A stretch of 64,000 nt of DNA from Eledone cirrhosa. Taxonomy: Eukaryota. The stretch is from contig OZ024754.1 of NCBI GenBank assembly GCA_964016885.1, positions 36,456,001 to 36,520,000 of the forward strand, written 5' to 3'. Numbering within the stretch: position 1 is the first letter of the stretch; every line of letters begins with the position of its first letter. A program made the translations under genes and the position numbers. Shown here in pieces: positions 42,250 through 56,980 of the stretch. A model generated the notes under the pieces. The model was not told the DNA's origin. It worked only from the letters and a program-made list of their open reading frames with translations, and ran no database searches.

Positions 42250-43200
42250 TACACCACATCAGTACACACATACACCACATAAGTACACACATACATCACA
42301 TAAGTACACAAATACATCACATAAGTACACACATACACCACATAAGTACACACATACACCACATAAGTACACACATACATCACATAAGTACACACATACA
42401 TCACATAAGTACACACATACACCACATAAGTACACACATACATCACATAAGTACACACATACACCACATAAGTACACACATACATCACATAAGTACACAC
42501 ATACACCACATAAGTACACACATACATCACATAAGTACACACATACACCACATAAGTACACACATACATCACATAAGTACACACATACACCACATAAGTA
42601 CACACATACACCATATAAGTACACACATACATCACATAAGTACACACATACACCACATAAGTACACACATACACCACATAAGTACACACATACATCACAT
42701 AAGTACACACATACATCACATAAGTACACACATACACCACATAAGTACACACATACATCACATAAGTACACACATACACCACATAAGTACACACATACAT
42801 CACATAAGTACACACATACATCACATAAGTACACACATACATCACATAAGTACACACATACACCACATAAGTACACACATACACCACATAAGTACACACA
42901 TACATCACATAAGTACACACATACATCACATAAGTACAAACATACACCACATAAGTACACACATACATCACATAAGTACACACATACACCACATAAGTAC
43001 ACACATACATCACATAAGTACACACATACATCACATAAGTACACACATACACCACATAAGTACACACATACATCACATAAGTACACACATACACCACATA
43101 AGTACACACATACATCACATAAGTACACACATACATCACATAAGTACACACATACACCACATAAGTACACACATACACCACATAAGTACACACATACACA
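42250..43200 (+). repeat. 21-bp minisatellite CACATAAGTACACACATACA(C/T), about 45 copies
   Basis: Direct reading. One dimorphic position per unit. Confidence 0.95.
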
Positions 43201-44364
43201 CACACACGTACACCCCAGTCTTTTGGATCCAAAAGACATACAACACACACACATACACACACACATACACACACACATACACACACATACACACCACACC
43301 TGACACACATCAAACACACCAGTCTGTTGTATCCCAAACACACATACACACTACACACACACACCTCACAACACACACACCAGAGACACGCAAAACACAC
43401 ACACATACATCACACACACACACCACACACTGACACAACTCACAACACACACCACACACCACACACCACACACACTGACACACCTCACAACACACACACA
43501 CACACACCACACAACACACACTGACACACCACACACCACACACCACACACCACACACCTCACAACACACACACACCACACAACACACACTGACACACCAC
43601 ACAACACACACTGACACACCACACACACTGACACACCACACACACTGACACACCACACACCACACACCTCACAACACACACACACACACACCACACAACA
43701 CACACTGACACACCACACACCACACACCACACACCACACACCACACACCACACACCTCACACTGACACACCACACACCACACACCATACACCACACACTG
43801 ACACACCACACACCACACACCACACACTGACACACCACACACCACACACCATACACCACACACCACACAACACACACCACACACCTCACAACACACAACA
43901 CACACTGACACACCACACACCACACACACTGACACACCACACACCACACACCACACAACACACACCACACAACACACACCACACACCTCACAACACACAC
44001 TGACACACCACACACCACACACCACACACCACACAACACACACCACACAACACACACCACACACCTCACAACACACACTGACACACCACACACCACACAG
44101 CATACACCACACACCACACACCACACACACACAACACACACCACACACCTCACACCTCACAACACACACTGATACACCACACACCACACAGCATACACCA
44201 CACACCACACACCACACACCTCACACCATACACCACACACCACACACCACACAACACACACCACACACCTCACAACACACACACCAGTCTCTTGTGTCCT
44301 CTTACATGTAGAAGGGAATGTTACTTTATCTACTGATAACAATAAACTGGCTTTATTAGTATTT

Positions 44365-45420
44365 GTATTGATTAGTCACTCCTGGTCAGATAGAGGATAA
44401 CATTGTGATGATAGCTCTTATACATACAGAGTAGTTGTATTGATTAGTCACTCCTGGTCAGATAGAGGATAACATTGTGATGATAGCTCTTATACATACA
44501 GAGTAGTTGTATTGATTAGTCACTCCTGGTCAGATAGATGATAACATTGTGATGATAGCTCTTATACATACAGAGTAGTGGTATTGATTAGTCACTCCTG
44601 GTCAGATAGAGGATAACATTGTGATGATAGCTCTTATACATACAGAGTAGTTGTATTGATTAGTCACTCCTGGTCAGATAAATGATAACATTGTGATGAT
44701 AGCTCTTATACATACAGAGTAGTTGTATTGATTAGTCACTCCTGGTCAGATAGAGGATAACATTGTGATGATAGCTCTTATACATACAGAGTAGTGGTAT
44801 TGATTAGTCACTCCTGGTCAGATAGAGGATAACATTGTGATGATAGCTCTTATACATACAGAGTAGTGGTATTGATTAGTCACTCCTGGTCAGATAGAGG
44901 ATAACATTGTGATGATAGCTCTTATACATACAGAGTAGTGGTATTGATTAGTCACTCCTGGTCAGATAGAGGATAACATTGTGATGATAGCTCTTATACA
45001 TACAGAGTAGTTGTATTGATTAGTCACTCCTGGTCAGATAGATGATAACATTGTGATGATAGCTCTTATACATACAGAGTAGTGGTATTGATTAGTCACT
45101 CCTGGTCAGATAGATGATAACATTGTGATGATAGCTCTTATACATACAGAGTAGTGGTATTGATTAGTCACTCCTGGTCAGATAGAGGATAACATTGTGA
45201 TGATAGCTCTTATACATACAGAGTAGTGGTATTGATTAGTCACTCCTGGTCAGATAGATGATAACATTTTGATGATAGCTCTTATACATACAGAGTAGTT
45301 GTATTGATTAGTCACTCCTGGTCAGATAGAGGATAACATTGTGATGATAGCTCTTATACATACAGAGTAGTTGTATTGATTAGTCACTCCTGGTCAGATA
45401 GAGGATAACATTTTAATGAT
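44365..45420 (+). repeat. 72-bp tandem repeat, about 14.6 copies
   Basis: GTATTGATTAGTCACTCCTGG... recurs every 72 bp (44365, 44581, 44941 and 45301 are in register). Confidence 0.97.
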
Positions 45421-45429
45421 ACATACATT

Positions 45430-45825
45430 CTTTTTTTTTATATATGATCATAGAATATTTATTTACAATAGTTTATAACTTTGCCTATTAATCCGTATGG
45501 GTGAGCAAATGGGGTCCCACGTGCTGACCTCCCCACAGCCATGGCGGACAGGATGGAAAAGAAGGAGTTTCCCCGGAGGATGGTAAGGGAGATGCGCTGT
45601 AAAAGCCATTCAAACTACCAAGGCTCACACCTGCGGCTGGCCAGCTCAGCACCTATAGTGGTGAATAGGGAGGTAATCCTAGGGCCGGGGACACCAGAAG
45701 TCTCCACTGCCAAGGGCACGACCGCGAACCTGTCGGAAAGGGACCGGTACTTGGAGAGTTTGGCCTCCTCAGCCCGACGTGCAGCAGTACCTGGGTTAGT
45801 CGCAGACTGCACCAGGTTGTCAGTC
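45430..45825 (-). mobile_element. CRE-like non-LTR retrotransposon 3' end (restriction-like endonuclease domain plus 3' UTR)
   Basis: Reads AARRAEEAKLSKY..PLAVETSGVPGP..IG..EPW*FEWLLQRISLTILRGN, typical of CRE-clade C-termini. Confidence 0.8.
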
Positions 45826-45830
45826 ATCAC

Positions 45831-46175
45831 GGGTGGGATCACTAGAGTGTCTGGTTGTGTAAAACATGTTTCAATGATTTTGGAAGCAATCCAAAGAGCT
45901 AAAGCTGAAAAGAAAGATTTTCATGTGGTATTGTTTGATCTGGAGAATATTTACGGCCCAGTCCCACACAAGATGATACAGCTAGCTCTCGAGATCTACC
46001 ATATTCCAAAGAACATTAAAGATGTATTTTCGCGGTTTCTTCATGCGGTTCTCCACCAAAGAGTACTCAACAATTCGGATCAATTTGGAGGTAGGCATAG
46101 CAATGGGCTGTGCAATCTCATCTATAATGTTTGTGTTGGCAATGGAGGTCATCTTGAAGGCGGGAAAAGGTCTGC
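45831..46175 (+). mobile_element. Hero-like non-LTR RT fragment (frameshifted)
   Basis: Reads GGITRVSGCVKH..AKAEKKDFHVVLFDLENIYGPVPH and LEVGIAMGCAISSIMFVLAME; these RT motifs resemble Hero-clade DLANAYGSVPH and GI..GCTIS. Confidence 0.75.
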
Positions 46176-46334
46176 AGGTCATAGATCAATGTGGCCTCTC
46201 TGGCAAGTAGAAGTATACGGTAGGAGGCAGCAAGTCAGGGCCAGGGACAGCTATGCCATACAGGGCACGGGGGTCGAGTCTTCTGGGTAGTGCGGATGTC
46301 TGTATGTACGCAGGTATGTATATGAATATATATA

Positions 46335-46863
46335 TCAGGTCGCTCTTGAGTGCTTCTGGTAACATGTAACCCAGTACAACCTGTCTCATGGTCGGGTTGT
46401 CGGCGACTAAACCGACAACCCGACCAAGCTTGCTTGGTGAGGAGGGTGATATTTGGACACCCTGCGGGATGAAATACAAGACACAGCAAAGGGCGGAGGA
46501 CCTCAGCAGAGTCAACGGCCATCCAAATAGTTTTTTTTTTTTTTTTTTCACCTGGGAGTGAAAAGCCCCCAGTTGTTGTCCAACACCTTTCTAAGAGAGG
46601 AAAACTCTGGAAAAAAACCTTCGGATTCGGAACCGTCCAATGATGTTGACCAATTCTCCTTTTCGGGTAGTGTTTTCGATGCTTAGAGAGTGGGATTGGT
46701 CGAGTGCAAGGCCTTTCCCCACTTAAAAAAACCTTCAAAGCGCAGGCATTGCTTATTCAGGATATGTTACAGGTTCGTGTGACTGGCCGTAGCCTAAAGG
46801 TGCACCAAACTCTATTATCCGACAAGCGATTGCAATACTCTTAGCAGAGTTTGCAGCCATCAT
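46335..46863 (+). mobile_element. Family F element, copy 2
   Basis: Colinear with 3741-4350, with the same termini. Confidence 0.7.
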
Positions 46864-46953
46864 ATATATATATATATATACACACACACTCATATATAGA
46901 TATTTACTTACATGCATCCATGTACAAATGCATGCATGTATGATTGTATGTAA

Positions 46954-47022
<69 letters not shown>

Positions 47023-47419
47023 TGTATGTATGACGGTTTAACAAAAAATTGATCGTTGATAATAATAAAAAAAATATCAATCTGCCTTTGTTTTCAGGTT
47101 CCTGCAGACACATATTTTAATGGTAGAAAAACCTGTTTACACCGTTCGGCTACACCTTCCTACAACACATTTGGTCAACAGTTGAATAGGCTATTTATTG
47201 GATACAATATTTTTCCTTCTTCTTCCAATTTCCTGCATTAACGCCAGCCATGCAGGAGATATCGTCTGCTGTAAAGCCTACAACATTGACATCATTATCA
47301 GCATCACCATTATCATTATAATCATTATGTCTTCCTCGTTGTTATAAAGATCATCACCCCTGCATCCGTCGCCATTACCATTAATGTGGTCATTGCTGTC
47401 GTTATTTTTGTGTATGCCA

Positions 47420-48390
47420 GGGCGGTGGAGTGGCAGTATCGGTAGAGCGTCGGACGCCATGCTTTGCAGCATAGAGTTACGGCTCTTTACGGTCTGAGTT
47501 CAAATCCCGCTGAGGTTATCTTTGCCTTTCATCCTTGCGGGGTCGATAAAATAAAGTACCAGTCACGCACTGGGGTCGATTTAATCGACTTTCCCCTTCC
47601 CCCAAAATGTATGGCTTTGTGCCTATATAAGAAACCGTTATTTTGTGGATTGGCAGTATCGGTAGAGGGTCGGACGCCATGCTTTCCAGCATAGTTACGT
47701 CCCTTTACGATCTGAGTTCAAATCCCGCCGAGGTTGACTTTGCCTTTCATCCCTACGGGGTCGATAAAATGAAGTACCAGTAATGCACTGGGTAATTGCT
47801 GGCCTTGTGCCTAAAGTAGAAACAGTTATTTTGTGTACGCGGAATTGCTGAATAGCTAAGTGGTTCTTTTGGCAATCATTAGGTATAGGGTTCGATCCCA
47901 CTGCATGGTATCTTGGGCAAGTGTTATTTACCAACCATAACCTCTGGTCAACCGATACCTTGTGAGAAATTGTTTGCAAGACCCCCCACCCCCCACCCCC
48001 GTCGGATGGATGGACTTAACATTAAGTGTACTCGTGTCTGTGGCATGGTTTTTCCCACTTACATGTAAATTTCGCGAGCAGTCTGTAAAATTGATCTGAC
48101 AACGGTAACATTCATTGTCGAGACCGACGGAGATCCATTCCTTATCGTTATATTCTCTCGTCATCATGTCACACATTATTCAACACAACCCAAAATAAGG
48201 GCGGTGGATTGGCAGTATCGGTAGAGGGTCGGACGTCATGCTTTCCAGCATAGTTACGTCCCTTTACGATCTGAGTTCAAATCCGGCCGAGGTTGACTTT
48301 GCCTTTCATCCTTACGGGGTCGATAAGATAAAGTACCAGTAATGCACTGAGGTAATTGCTGGCCTTGTGCCTAAAGTAGAAACAATTATT
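47420..48390 (+). mobile_element. SINE cluster: family 1 x3 (47420-47640, 47645-47830, 48198-48390) plus remnants of other SINE families (47838-48135)
   Basis: A/B-box heads and family-specific bodies. Confidence 0.88.
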
Positions 48391-48725
48391 AAACACAAAC
48401 AAAATAACGATCGCATATTGGGTCGTAAGTTTGTTAAGGCCGCGCTACAAGTTTCATTCTTGACGACCCACTATATTGTATATCGATGATGCATCTCGGG
48501 GAAAATGTATACATATGTTTGTATTAGTATATGTATGTATATAGGTATTTATGTGTATATATGTGTGTGTGTGTGTGTAGAGTGGTAGAGGTGAGGTGGG
48601 AGGTGACAGAGATGATTAATTCTCATACATAGTCGCTAGTTTGAATGAATCACCTCTGACTATCATAAAAATGTTTCGATTTTTCCTGGATTATATCGGC
48701 AAATCGACTGTCACTTTATATATAT

Positions 48726-48770
<45 letters not shown>

Positions 48771-48963
48771 ATATATATATATGTATATATTGTATATATA
48801 CATATCTATATATACATATATATATATAAATATATTTTATATATATACATACCTATATATACATATATATATACATATCGATATATACATATATACATAT
48901 ATTTTATATGCATATATACACATCTCTATATATACATATATAAGTAAACACATAGATATATAC

Positions 48964-48997
<34 letters not shown>

Positions 48998-49041
48998 ATA
49001 TATATATATATAAACATATATATATATATATATATATATAT

Positions 49042-49180
49042 GTTATGTCCTTGGGCAAGACACTTTATTTCACGTTGCTCCTTCTACCTGGAGTTGCGAC
49101 CGATAGATAGTATTAGCAATTGGAAAGACCAACGGAAACATTGTTCCCTCGGTCCGATTTGACGAAAGTCGATCGTTCCT
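49042..49180 (+). mobile_element. 5'-truncated SINE family 2
   Basis: GTCCTTGGGCAAGACACTTTATTTCAC...GACGAAAGTCGATCGTTCC. Confidence 0.85.
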
Positions 49181-49355
49181 TTATATATATATATATATAT
49201 GAATTATATGAATTATAAGTAATTATAATTATAATTATACTAATTATGTAGTAATATATTACTGCCTACCACTGTTTAGGGTTTATAAAAATATATATAA
49301 CTGCAAGAGGTTTTTGTATTTGCATAACCATAAATAGTATAATTAATACTGTATA

Positions 49356-49437
<82 letters not shown>

Positions 49438-49763
49438 CGGTCCAGGTTTGCTTTTTATTAACTTGTTGGTTTTCTTGTTGCTTCGGTCTCGTGGCTGGGT
49501 CTGCCTACCTCAGTTTTAAATTTGTCATGCGGTCTAACGACTGTTGTTACTCTGAGACTCCTCATCGAGTGCTTGGCAGCTCATTCCTCATTCTATCTCG
49601 TTGGCATGGCTACAACCGAAGCTTCGATTTTACCACACTTTCATTTATATATATATACATTTAATGCGACGAAATATCAATGATGGTTGGCAAATCACTG
49701 ACGAAGGACTAATTTTATCATATGTAACCCATGTGCAACCACGCAGTATTCTTCTTTCTTCTC

Positions 49764-49818
<55 letters not shown>

Positions 49819-49820
<2 letters not shown>

Positions 49821-50008
49821 CAAATGAATTGTGGTAAGGAACCAGATGGACCATAACGCACCAGAGTACTCAATACTTAGGGTAGTAGAGAGGGAAATAG
49901 GAAAAAGTATCACCCCGACGGCAGAGATGAAGCTGTTTCGACGTCTATTTCTGTACAGAAATAGCCGTCGAAACGGCTTGAGCTCTGCCGTCGGGGGTCA
50001 TACGTTTT

Positions 50009-50011
<3 letters not shown>
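49819..50011. mobile_element. Family A fold-back module
   Basis: Same architecture, centre CTGTACAG. Confidence 0.85.
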
Positions 50012-50065
<54 letters not shown>

Positions 50066-50161
50066 ACATATATATATATGTATGTATATGTTGTAAGGAG
50101 ACAACAAACAGAGGTACAAAAGGTCTTAGTTTCACGCTTTATATTGGAAAAAGGTTAGAAA

Positions 50162-50199
50162 GTTCGACGTGTCGGGCTTAAGTCCTTCTTCAGGAGTAC
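50162..50199 (-). ncRNA. Degenerate minimal HHR motif
   Basis: Minus strand reads CUC-CUGAAGA-AGGAC-UUAA-GCCC-GACAC-GUC-GA. Confidence 0.45.
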
Positions 50200-50469
50200 A
50201 AAATAGAGGCAGCATCACAATGGGGAAACAGAAAAAAGTCCATTAAAGACACATTCATTACTGAGTTTTATATGAAATAATAATAATGGATTCGTTTGTA
50301 TGCAAACAGCCTCATTACGTATGTGTTTTAGACGACTATCGACATCCTTTTGTTGTAGCTGTGACTGGGAGAATCAATCGACTATAATATTATGTCTGGG
50401 TTATTGCCCTTTGTCAGGGTTGTGTATTACTCTTCTCTGTCACACGCTAGAAACATTATTATTATTATT

Positions 50470-50660
50470 GTGGATTGGCAGTATTGGGAGAGGGTCGGAC
50501 GCCATGCTTTGACGTATAGAGTTACGGCCCTTGCCATTCTGAGTTCAAATCCCGCCGAGGTTAACTTTGCCTTTCATCCTTACGGGGTCGATAAAATAAA
50601 GTACCAGTAATGTACTGGGTATTTGCTGGCATTGTGCCTAAAGTAGAAACAATTATTATT
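50470..50660 (+). mobile_element. SINE family 1
   Basis: Family 1 motifs. Confidence 0.9.
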
Positions 50661-51077
50661 ATTACAGTTGCATTTTTCTTGCTTTATGTTCATACGAGTT
50701 ATCACCAAGTCACAAACAGTGACCTCAAGAGACAACAAGGTCCGCCATGTTCAAGAAAGAACATACATACACACACATGCATCTTTAGGTGTTTAGACAT
50801 ATATATGTGTGTGTGTGTGTGTATATGTACATATATATATGTGTGTGTGTGTATATATATGTGTGTATGTGTGTGTGTATGTATGTATATATATATATAG
50901 ATGTATGCCTGTGTCACTAAATTCTGTGGATGAATTTATATCCTGATTCTCTTTAAGATGAGTTTAAATTATTTTTCCCACATCTTACGTTAACTATTTT
51001 TCTCATTTTGACGCTATAGTCACTTATATACTATGGAATGCTGTTCGCTTTTCGCTGCAGTGTTTTCTATACCTTTC

Positions 51078-51154
<77 letters not shown>

Positions 51155-51434
51155 ATAGATATATATATATATATATATACATAAGATATTATTATGTCAT
51201 GAATATCTTGAAATTCCCTAAATATTTTTATCATGCAAGATTTAAAGATAAATCTAACCGAATGCACAGATCACAATAGATCGATACATATCTATTTATT
51301 GATAATTTCACCATTACACATTTTTCATCTTTCACCTTTTGAAACATGTTTACGACAAATATATTGCTTTAAATGTATTCGTCTTGTTTGTTTATTCATT
51401 ATATATATATATATATTATTTATATATATGCATG

Positions 51435-51536
<102 letters not shown>

Positions 51537-51616
51537 TGTGTGTGTGTGTATTATATATATATATACGTGTGTGTGTGTGTGTGTGACATATTTTTGCATG
51601 TATGCACTTATGGTTG

Positions 51617-51752
<136 letters not shown>

Positions 51753-51767
51753 TATATATATATATAT

Positions 51768-52350
<583 letters not shown>

Positions 52351-52457
52351 AATATTAAAGTTCTGGTGTATCAAATTAATACCATTGAACAACCTTGAAT
52401 CATAGACAACCTATGTATTTCTAGGGGTACCTAGTATCCTTGGACATATTAACTTCA

Positions 52458-52505
<48 letters not shown>

Positions 52506-52918
52506 TATATACATATATGTGTGTGTGTGTATGTATCTATATATATATGTGTGTGTGTGTATATATACATATATATATATATGTGTATGCATAAGCTTTG
52601 TCCCTAATATCAATGTCTGACTTTCAGCTGTATTACAGCTAATATTCCCACGCGATTGTCCCCAGACGCTATTCAACCGTTTATTCCCTCCATCTATCTA
52701 CACAGTCACTACTCCCTCTCTCTCATACAGTCACTGGGCCTGTCCAAAACCACACCCTTTCTACCTTTCTACCTTTTTACTACCTACTTTTTACAGTCAC
52801 TTCCACCCGTAACTCCGACCCCACCACCACCACTACCACCACCACCACTACTACTACTACCACTACTACCACCACTACTACTACCACCACCACCAACACT
52901 ACCACTACCACCATCGCC

Positions 52919-52956
<38 letters not shown>

Positions 52957-54288
52957 CACCACCACCACTACTACTGTCAGCAGCAGCGTTTCTCCCCTCC
53001 ATATACCTGTGTTATGCTCGGCTGGGTACTAAAGATGGTAGGCACGTGACAGGGGACTCCATGCAACGACAATACAGGTAGGTTGAACGACACTGCGTAA
53101 AGGGGTGGATATGGGATTGGGGTGGATTGGTTTGGTTAGTTTTGTATAGCAGGTGTTGGTGGTGGTGGTGGTGGTGGTGGTGGTGGTGGTGGTGGTGGTG
53201 GTATGGTGGTGGTGGGGTGGTGGTGGTAGGGTGGTGGTGGTGGTGGTGGGTTGGTGGTGGTGGGGTGGTGGTGGTAGGGTGGTGGTGGTGGTATGGTGGT
53301 GGTGGGGTGGTGGTGGTAGGGTGGTGGTGGTAGGGTGGTGGTGGTGGTATGGTGGTGGTAGTGGTGGTGGTGGTGGTGGTTGTGGTATGGTGGTGGTATG
53401 GTGGTGGTGGTGGTGGTGGTGGTGGTATGGTGGTGGTGGTTGTGGTGGTGGTGGTGGTGGTGGTGGTGGTGGTGGTGGTGGTGGTGGTGGTATGGTGGTG
53501 GTGGTATGGTGGTGGTGATGGTGATGGTGGTGGTGGTGGTGGTGGTGGTGGTGGTGGTGGTGGTGGTGGTGGTGGTGGTAGTATGGTGGTGGTGGTGCTG
53601 GTGGTGCTGGTGGTTTATGTGGTGGTGGTAGTGGTGGTGGTGGTAGTGGTGGTGGTGGTGGTGGTGGTAGTGGTGGTGGTGGTGGTGGTGGTGGTGGTAG
53701 TGGTGGTGGGTTTAGTGGTGGTGGTGGGGTGCTAGTGATAGTGGTGGTTGTGGTGGGGGTGGTGGGTTTAGTGGTGGTCGTGGTGGTAGTGGTTGTGGTG
53801 GTGGTGGTGGGGTGCTAGTGATAGTGGTGGTTGTGGTGGTGGGGGTGGGGGTTAGTGGTGGTTTTGGTGGGGGTGGTGGTGGTGGGTTTAGTGGTGGTCG
53901 TGCTGGTGGTGGTGGTGGTGGTGGTGGTGGTAGTGGTTGTGGTGGTGGTGGTGGTAGTGGTTGTGGTGGTGGTGGTTGTGGGTTTATTGGTGGTGGTGGG
54001 GTGCTAGTGATAGTGGTGGTTGTGGTGGTGGTGGTGGCGGTGGCGAAGGTGGTGGTGGTGTTGGTAGTGGTGGCAATCCTATTCTTGTGAGGTAGTCGTA
54101 AACCACGCGCGTACATTCATTCACACATACACACACACACACTTTCTCTCTCTCTCTCTTTCTCACACACACACACACCACACACACTCTCCCTCTTTCT
54201 TACACACACACACTCCCTCTCTCTCACGCACACACAAATGAATATATATAAAGAGAAAGTGAGATAAATAGATATGTTTCTTTATTTG

Positions 54289-54365
<77 letters not shown>

Positions 54366-54758
54366 TACAACAATTATCATAAATGAAATTGAATCTTTTA
54401 TTCTCGAAAAGAAAAAGAAATAAAGACACGCTTCGAGTTCCTTTATATATAAAAAAAAAATGCTTTGGAATATTATTTAATTATAATCTATTTGTAATTC
54501 GATAATTAAAAATTGAAATATTATGATCCTTCCTTAAAATAGGGAAAGAAATAATCCTTGTAGGCTCACAAACGATTTTTTAATATGTTATGAAATTTGT
54601 GTGAACAGCAAATAGTATTTTTTTTTATGTTGTTTATTACGGATTGAAAGAGGTTTATCTTCTTCGGTGGAACAAAGACCACAATCAGATTCATTCTATA
54701 TTATGAGCTACTTGACTTAATAACCAATTAATATAGTGTATATTTCTGCCATAGTATC

Positions 54759-54801
<43 letters not shown>

Positions 54802-54803
<2 letters not shown>

Positions 54804-54925
54804 GGAAAAATTTGAACAGGGACAAAACAGAGAGGCAGTACAACAAATGTTTATTAATTTCACGCTCTGGAGAGTGGGGTGTAGGTGGGGGACGACGTTT
54901 CGGGCATAAGCCCTTCCTCAGGTGA
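54802..54925 (-). mobile_element. Family G module with a minimal HHR motif (54891-54922)
   Basis: Minus strand reads CUGAGGA-A-GGGC-UUAU-GCCC-GAAAC-GUC, then AATAAA and the family G tail running into (TA)n. Confidence 0.7.
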
Positions 54926-55082
54926 GAAGTGTGTGGGAACAGAGTTCAAAGGGTGTGTAGGGGAGTGGTGGAGAGACATATAGCGAAAGGAAACGGTGCG
55001 AATGAAAAAATAACAAGTAAAATATATATATATATATATACTAGGATCGGAATTAAGAGCATTTCGCAGTTCACAGTAATAA

Positions 55083-55265
55083 TAATAATTGTTTCTACTT
55101 TTGGCACAAGGCAGCAATCACTCAGTACATTACTGGTACTTTATTTTATCGACCCCGTCAGGATGAAAGGCAAAGTTAACCCCGGCGGATTTGAACTCAA
55201 TGGCAAGGCCGTAACTCTATGCTGCAAAGCATGGTGTCCGACCCTCTACCGATACTGCCAATCCC
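55083..55265 (-). mobile_element. SINE family 1
   Basis: Family 1 motifs. Confidence 0.88.
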
Positions 55266-55346
55266 CCACAGTAATAATAATATTAGCTCAAAGAAGAATA
55301 GAGAATTTTCTCACTGTGTAACACACTTCTATTTGTGTAATATATT

Positions 55347-55405
<59 letters not shown>

Positions 55406-55407
<2 letters not shown>

Positions 55408-55654
55408 AAGGCGGGTAAAATTCCCGAGATCCATGGACGAGTTCTCTCCAGCGGTCTCTGTCCCTCATTATCGCTGCCATATCCTGCATCTCCAACAGAC
55501 CAGTGTCTGTCCTTAGGGCATCAACATATGTTAACCTTGGTCTTCCTCTTCTAGTGTGTCCATGTAGGGGCTCCCAAAGGAGCACTGAGTGCAATGTCAA
55601 CTCTGGATGTCGGTGAGCATGTCCAGCCAACCTCAGTCTTCTCTGTGTCACTTT

Positions 55655-55657
<3 letters not shown>
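55406..55657 (-). mobile_element. 3' end of an RTE-clade LINE ORF (a different family from 32742-34186)
   Basis: Open frame RRLRLAGHAHRHPE..LLWEP.HG..RRGRPRLTYVD.L..DTGL..MRDRDRWR to a stop codon, with (TA)n on both sides. Confidence 0.85.
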
Positions 55658-55704
<47 letters not shown>

Positions 55705-55707
<3 letters not shown>

Positions 55708-55901
55708 AAAAGTGTCAGGACCCCGACGGCTGCGTTCGGACATTTCGACAGCTAGATACGCTCTCAGATCTAGCTATCGAAACGGCTGGAGCTCAGCCGT
55801 CAGGGTCCTGACTCTTTTCCTATTACCCACTCTACTCCCCTAAATATTGAGTACTCTCGTGCGTTATGGTCCACCTGGTATCTTACCACACCCTCTTTGT
55901 T
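55705..55901. mobile_element. Family A fold-back module, reverse orientation
   Basis: Short arm first, then the sense long arm ending CTCTTTGTT and (AT)n. Confidence 0.85.
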
Positions 55902-55963
55902 ATATATATATAGAGAGAGAGAGAGAGAAAAAGAGAGAGAGAGAGAGGGGGGAACAGAGAGAA

Positions 55964-56300
55964 AGAAATGGCGTCTACAGTTCTACAGGACTAGATCTGT
56001 TTCATCCACACATCTTTATTAATGTGAAGTGATGGACAAAGAAACAAAGTACAATTCACAATCATTATAGGGCTGGTGGAACAATAAAATGTATCCAGTA
56101 CACTATGTAAAGTGGTTGGAGGTTAAGCAGATACAAAATATATACGACTTTGTAGATTTAGCTGGGCTCCTATGTCCTGATGATTTCCTTCGAATGAAAC
56201 AGCTCTAGTCCTGTAGAAGCCATTTCTATATTAAATATTTATACTCTGCTATGTATTGAGTACCTTACTTACTGTGGTTACCCCCGATTGAACCAGGGAT
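55964..56300 (+). mobile_element. Family D module with an HHR-like core and an upstream inverted partial copy
   Basis: CTGATGA(56177)-TTTC-CTTC-GAAT-GAAACAGCTCTAGTC. Inverted partial copy at 55964-56005. Confidence 0.6.
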
Positions 56301-56321
56301 ACACACACACACACGCGCGCG

Positions 56322-56419
<98 letters not shown>

Positions 56420-56420
<1 letters not shown>

Positions 56421-56980
56421 TTATAAGCAAAGGGATATTTAATTTGTTGGCAATTCAACAAATATATTTATAACAGATTCGAAGCACTCGACAAGTTTTC
56501 TGGAGTATAATATCAATGATATTAATAAAGGAAACTATATTTATCAAACCATAAATATGGTTTTATAAATATAGTTTCCATTTATTATTATCATAAAAGG
56601 GCGGTGGATTGGCAAAGGGCGGTGGATTGGCAGTATCGGTAGAGGGTCGGACGCCATACTTTGACGTATAGAGTTACGGCCCTTGCCATTCTGAGTTCAA
56701 ATCCCGCCGAGGTTAACTTTGCCTTTCATCCTTACGGGGTCGATAAAATAAAGTACCAGTAATGTACTGGGTAATTGCTGGCCATGTGCCTAAAGTAGAA
56801 ACAATTATTATCATAAAATAAAGTACCAGTAATGTACTGGGTAATTGCTGGCCTTGTGCCAAAAGTAGAAACAATTACTATCATTGATATTATACTCCAG
56901 AAAACTTGTCGAGTGCTTCGAATCTGTTATAAATATATTTGTTGAATTGCCAACAAATTAAATATCCCTTTGCTTATATA
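56420..56980. repeat. Inverted repeat of about 100 bp (56422-56520 / 56880-56977) enclosing a small hairpin and a SINE
   Basis: AAGCAAAGGGATATTTAATTTG...GAGTATAATATCAATGAT and its reverse complement. Confidence 0.9.

Noticed and set aside
44365-45420. Tandem C/D-box snoRNA array
   Set aside because: A C-box-like GTGATGA is present, but there is no same-strand CTGA D box or terminal stem.
45541-46290. 249-aa ORF as a real gene
   Set aside because: Chance fusion of antisense CRE-like sequence with a frameshifted Hero-like RT fragment.
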